This document shows, piece by piece, positions 63,331 through 64,000 of a DNA stretch of 64,000 nucleotides. Positions within the stretch are counted from its first letter, which is position 1, and each line of letters starts with the position of its first letter. Under the pieces are notes generated by a model that had not been told where the DNA came from, did no database searches, and saw nothing but the letters and a program-made list of their open reading frames with translations. The stretch comes from an uncultured Gammaproteobacteria bacterium (GTDB taxonomy: Bacteria; Pseudomonadota; Gammaproteobacteria; UBA9214): contig CAVYZN010000009.1 of assembly GCA_963773065.1 (NCBI GenBank), forward strand, positions 128,001 to 192,000, given 5' to 3'. A program made the position numbers and the translations under genes.

Positions 63331-64000
63331 ATGAAGGCGCTAACACTACAGTCAACCGACCTGCTGCGCTTGATGCAGAGCGACTGGGCACGGCATGCCA
63401 TCAGGCTTCTCAACCTGCTGCTGGTCGTGTGGATCGCCTGGCTGCTGGCGGCGACGACCTGGAGTATCTTCAACAAGACGCAACCGGTTGAGACCGCGCC
63501 GCCTGAAGCCGTACCGGTCACGCCGCAGGTCAATCAACAGGAAGAACTGGTACGCCAACTGCCGAACTGGCATCTCTTTGGCGAGGCCGCGCAAGAGGCG
63601 GAACCCGTCAAGCAGGCCGTGCCTGTCGATGCGCCGGATACCCGTCTCAAACTGATATTGCACGGCACTTTTTCCTCTGCCGATCCCGAGCTTGCCCGCG
63701 CCATCATCGCCGATGAACGCGGCAATGAGGAAATGTATGCGAAAGGGGATATCCTGCCCGGCGATGCCGAACTCAGTGAGATCCAGTCAGACAAGGTGAT
63801 CCTGCTGCGTGGCGGGCGTTACGAGACACTGCGTCTGCCGCGTGAAGAGACAGCGGGTGGCGGTACGATCATCAGTGTCGCAACCGAGAGCACGTACAGC
63901 CCGGAAACCGTGGACAACGATACCTCGGAACGTCTGCAATCGTTGCGACAGAACCTGAAGCGGAATCCGAACTCACTTTTCGGTCTGGTGCGAACCATCC
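63331..64000 (+). CDS. gspC: T2SS protein GspC (3' truncated by window)
   Basis: N-terminal TM, 'WHLFG', 'DAPDTRLKLILHGT…ARAIIA…Y--GD-LPG-A-L-EI--DKVILLRGGRYETLRLPR'. Confidence 0.9.
   Translation, partial: MKALTLQSTDLLRLMQSDWARHAIRLLNLLLVVWIAWLLAATTWSIFNKTQPVETAPPEAVPVTPQVNQQEELVRQLPNWHLFGEAAQEAEPVKQAVPVDAPDTRLKLILHGTFSSADPELARAIIADERGNEEMYAKGDILPGDAELSEIQSDKVILLRGGRYETLRLPREETAGGGTIISVATESTYSPETVDNDTSERLQSLRQNLKRNPNSLFGLVRTI

Noticed and set aside
1-64000. tRNA or rRNA genes
   Set aside because: No cloverleaf/T-loop signatures or rRNA-like sequence found by eye.

Overview
GC-rich gammaproteobacterial chromosome segment (Chromatiales/Thiogranum-like gene order, inferred), probably from a long-read assembly with uncorrected indels: many genes between ~9 and ~50 kb, including essential accC, are split by single-base frameshifts. 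The left end carries T2SS gspKLMN, a PilZ/FimW-like protein, yrfG, cysQ, vanZ and galE. The right end carries the core aroQ-accB-accC // prmA-DUF3426-dusB-fis-purH-purD-lemA-M48 peptidase, rho, trxA, rhlB and gspC. Between them lies a ~33 kb cell-surface locus. It has PEP-CTERM-type EPS export genes (ExeA-like ATPase, tyrosine kinase, Wzz/Wzc, OM barrel, Wza), four TPR-GT41 (OGT/SPINDLY-like) glycosyltransferases, two TPR-sulfotransferases, two SEC-C-bearing methyltransferases, a 2OG-Fe(II) oxygenase and a FadL-type porin. It also has three secreted proteins sharing an unrecognised ~160-aa domain (…GSH-G-P…PW-FF-NTG…WNGI…GDPSGFGGV-Y-LHL-G) but ending in different sorting tags (VPLPA-CTERM, JDVT-CTERM-like, none). 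Two of these genes diverge, have near-identical 5' halves, and flank an ~8.4 kb segment containing a sigma54 promoter, an architecture resembling invertible S-layer switches. An ~8 kb island (two FkbM methyltransferases, a GT41 remnant, IS630, IS91-like, IS701, IS4) interrupts accC-prmA. Intergenic spaces hold a polarised family of (GTGAGAA)n / GGCCACGGAA elements with nested hairpin insertions, plus REPs and MITE-like elements. No rRNA, tRNA or CRISPR array was seen.
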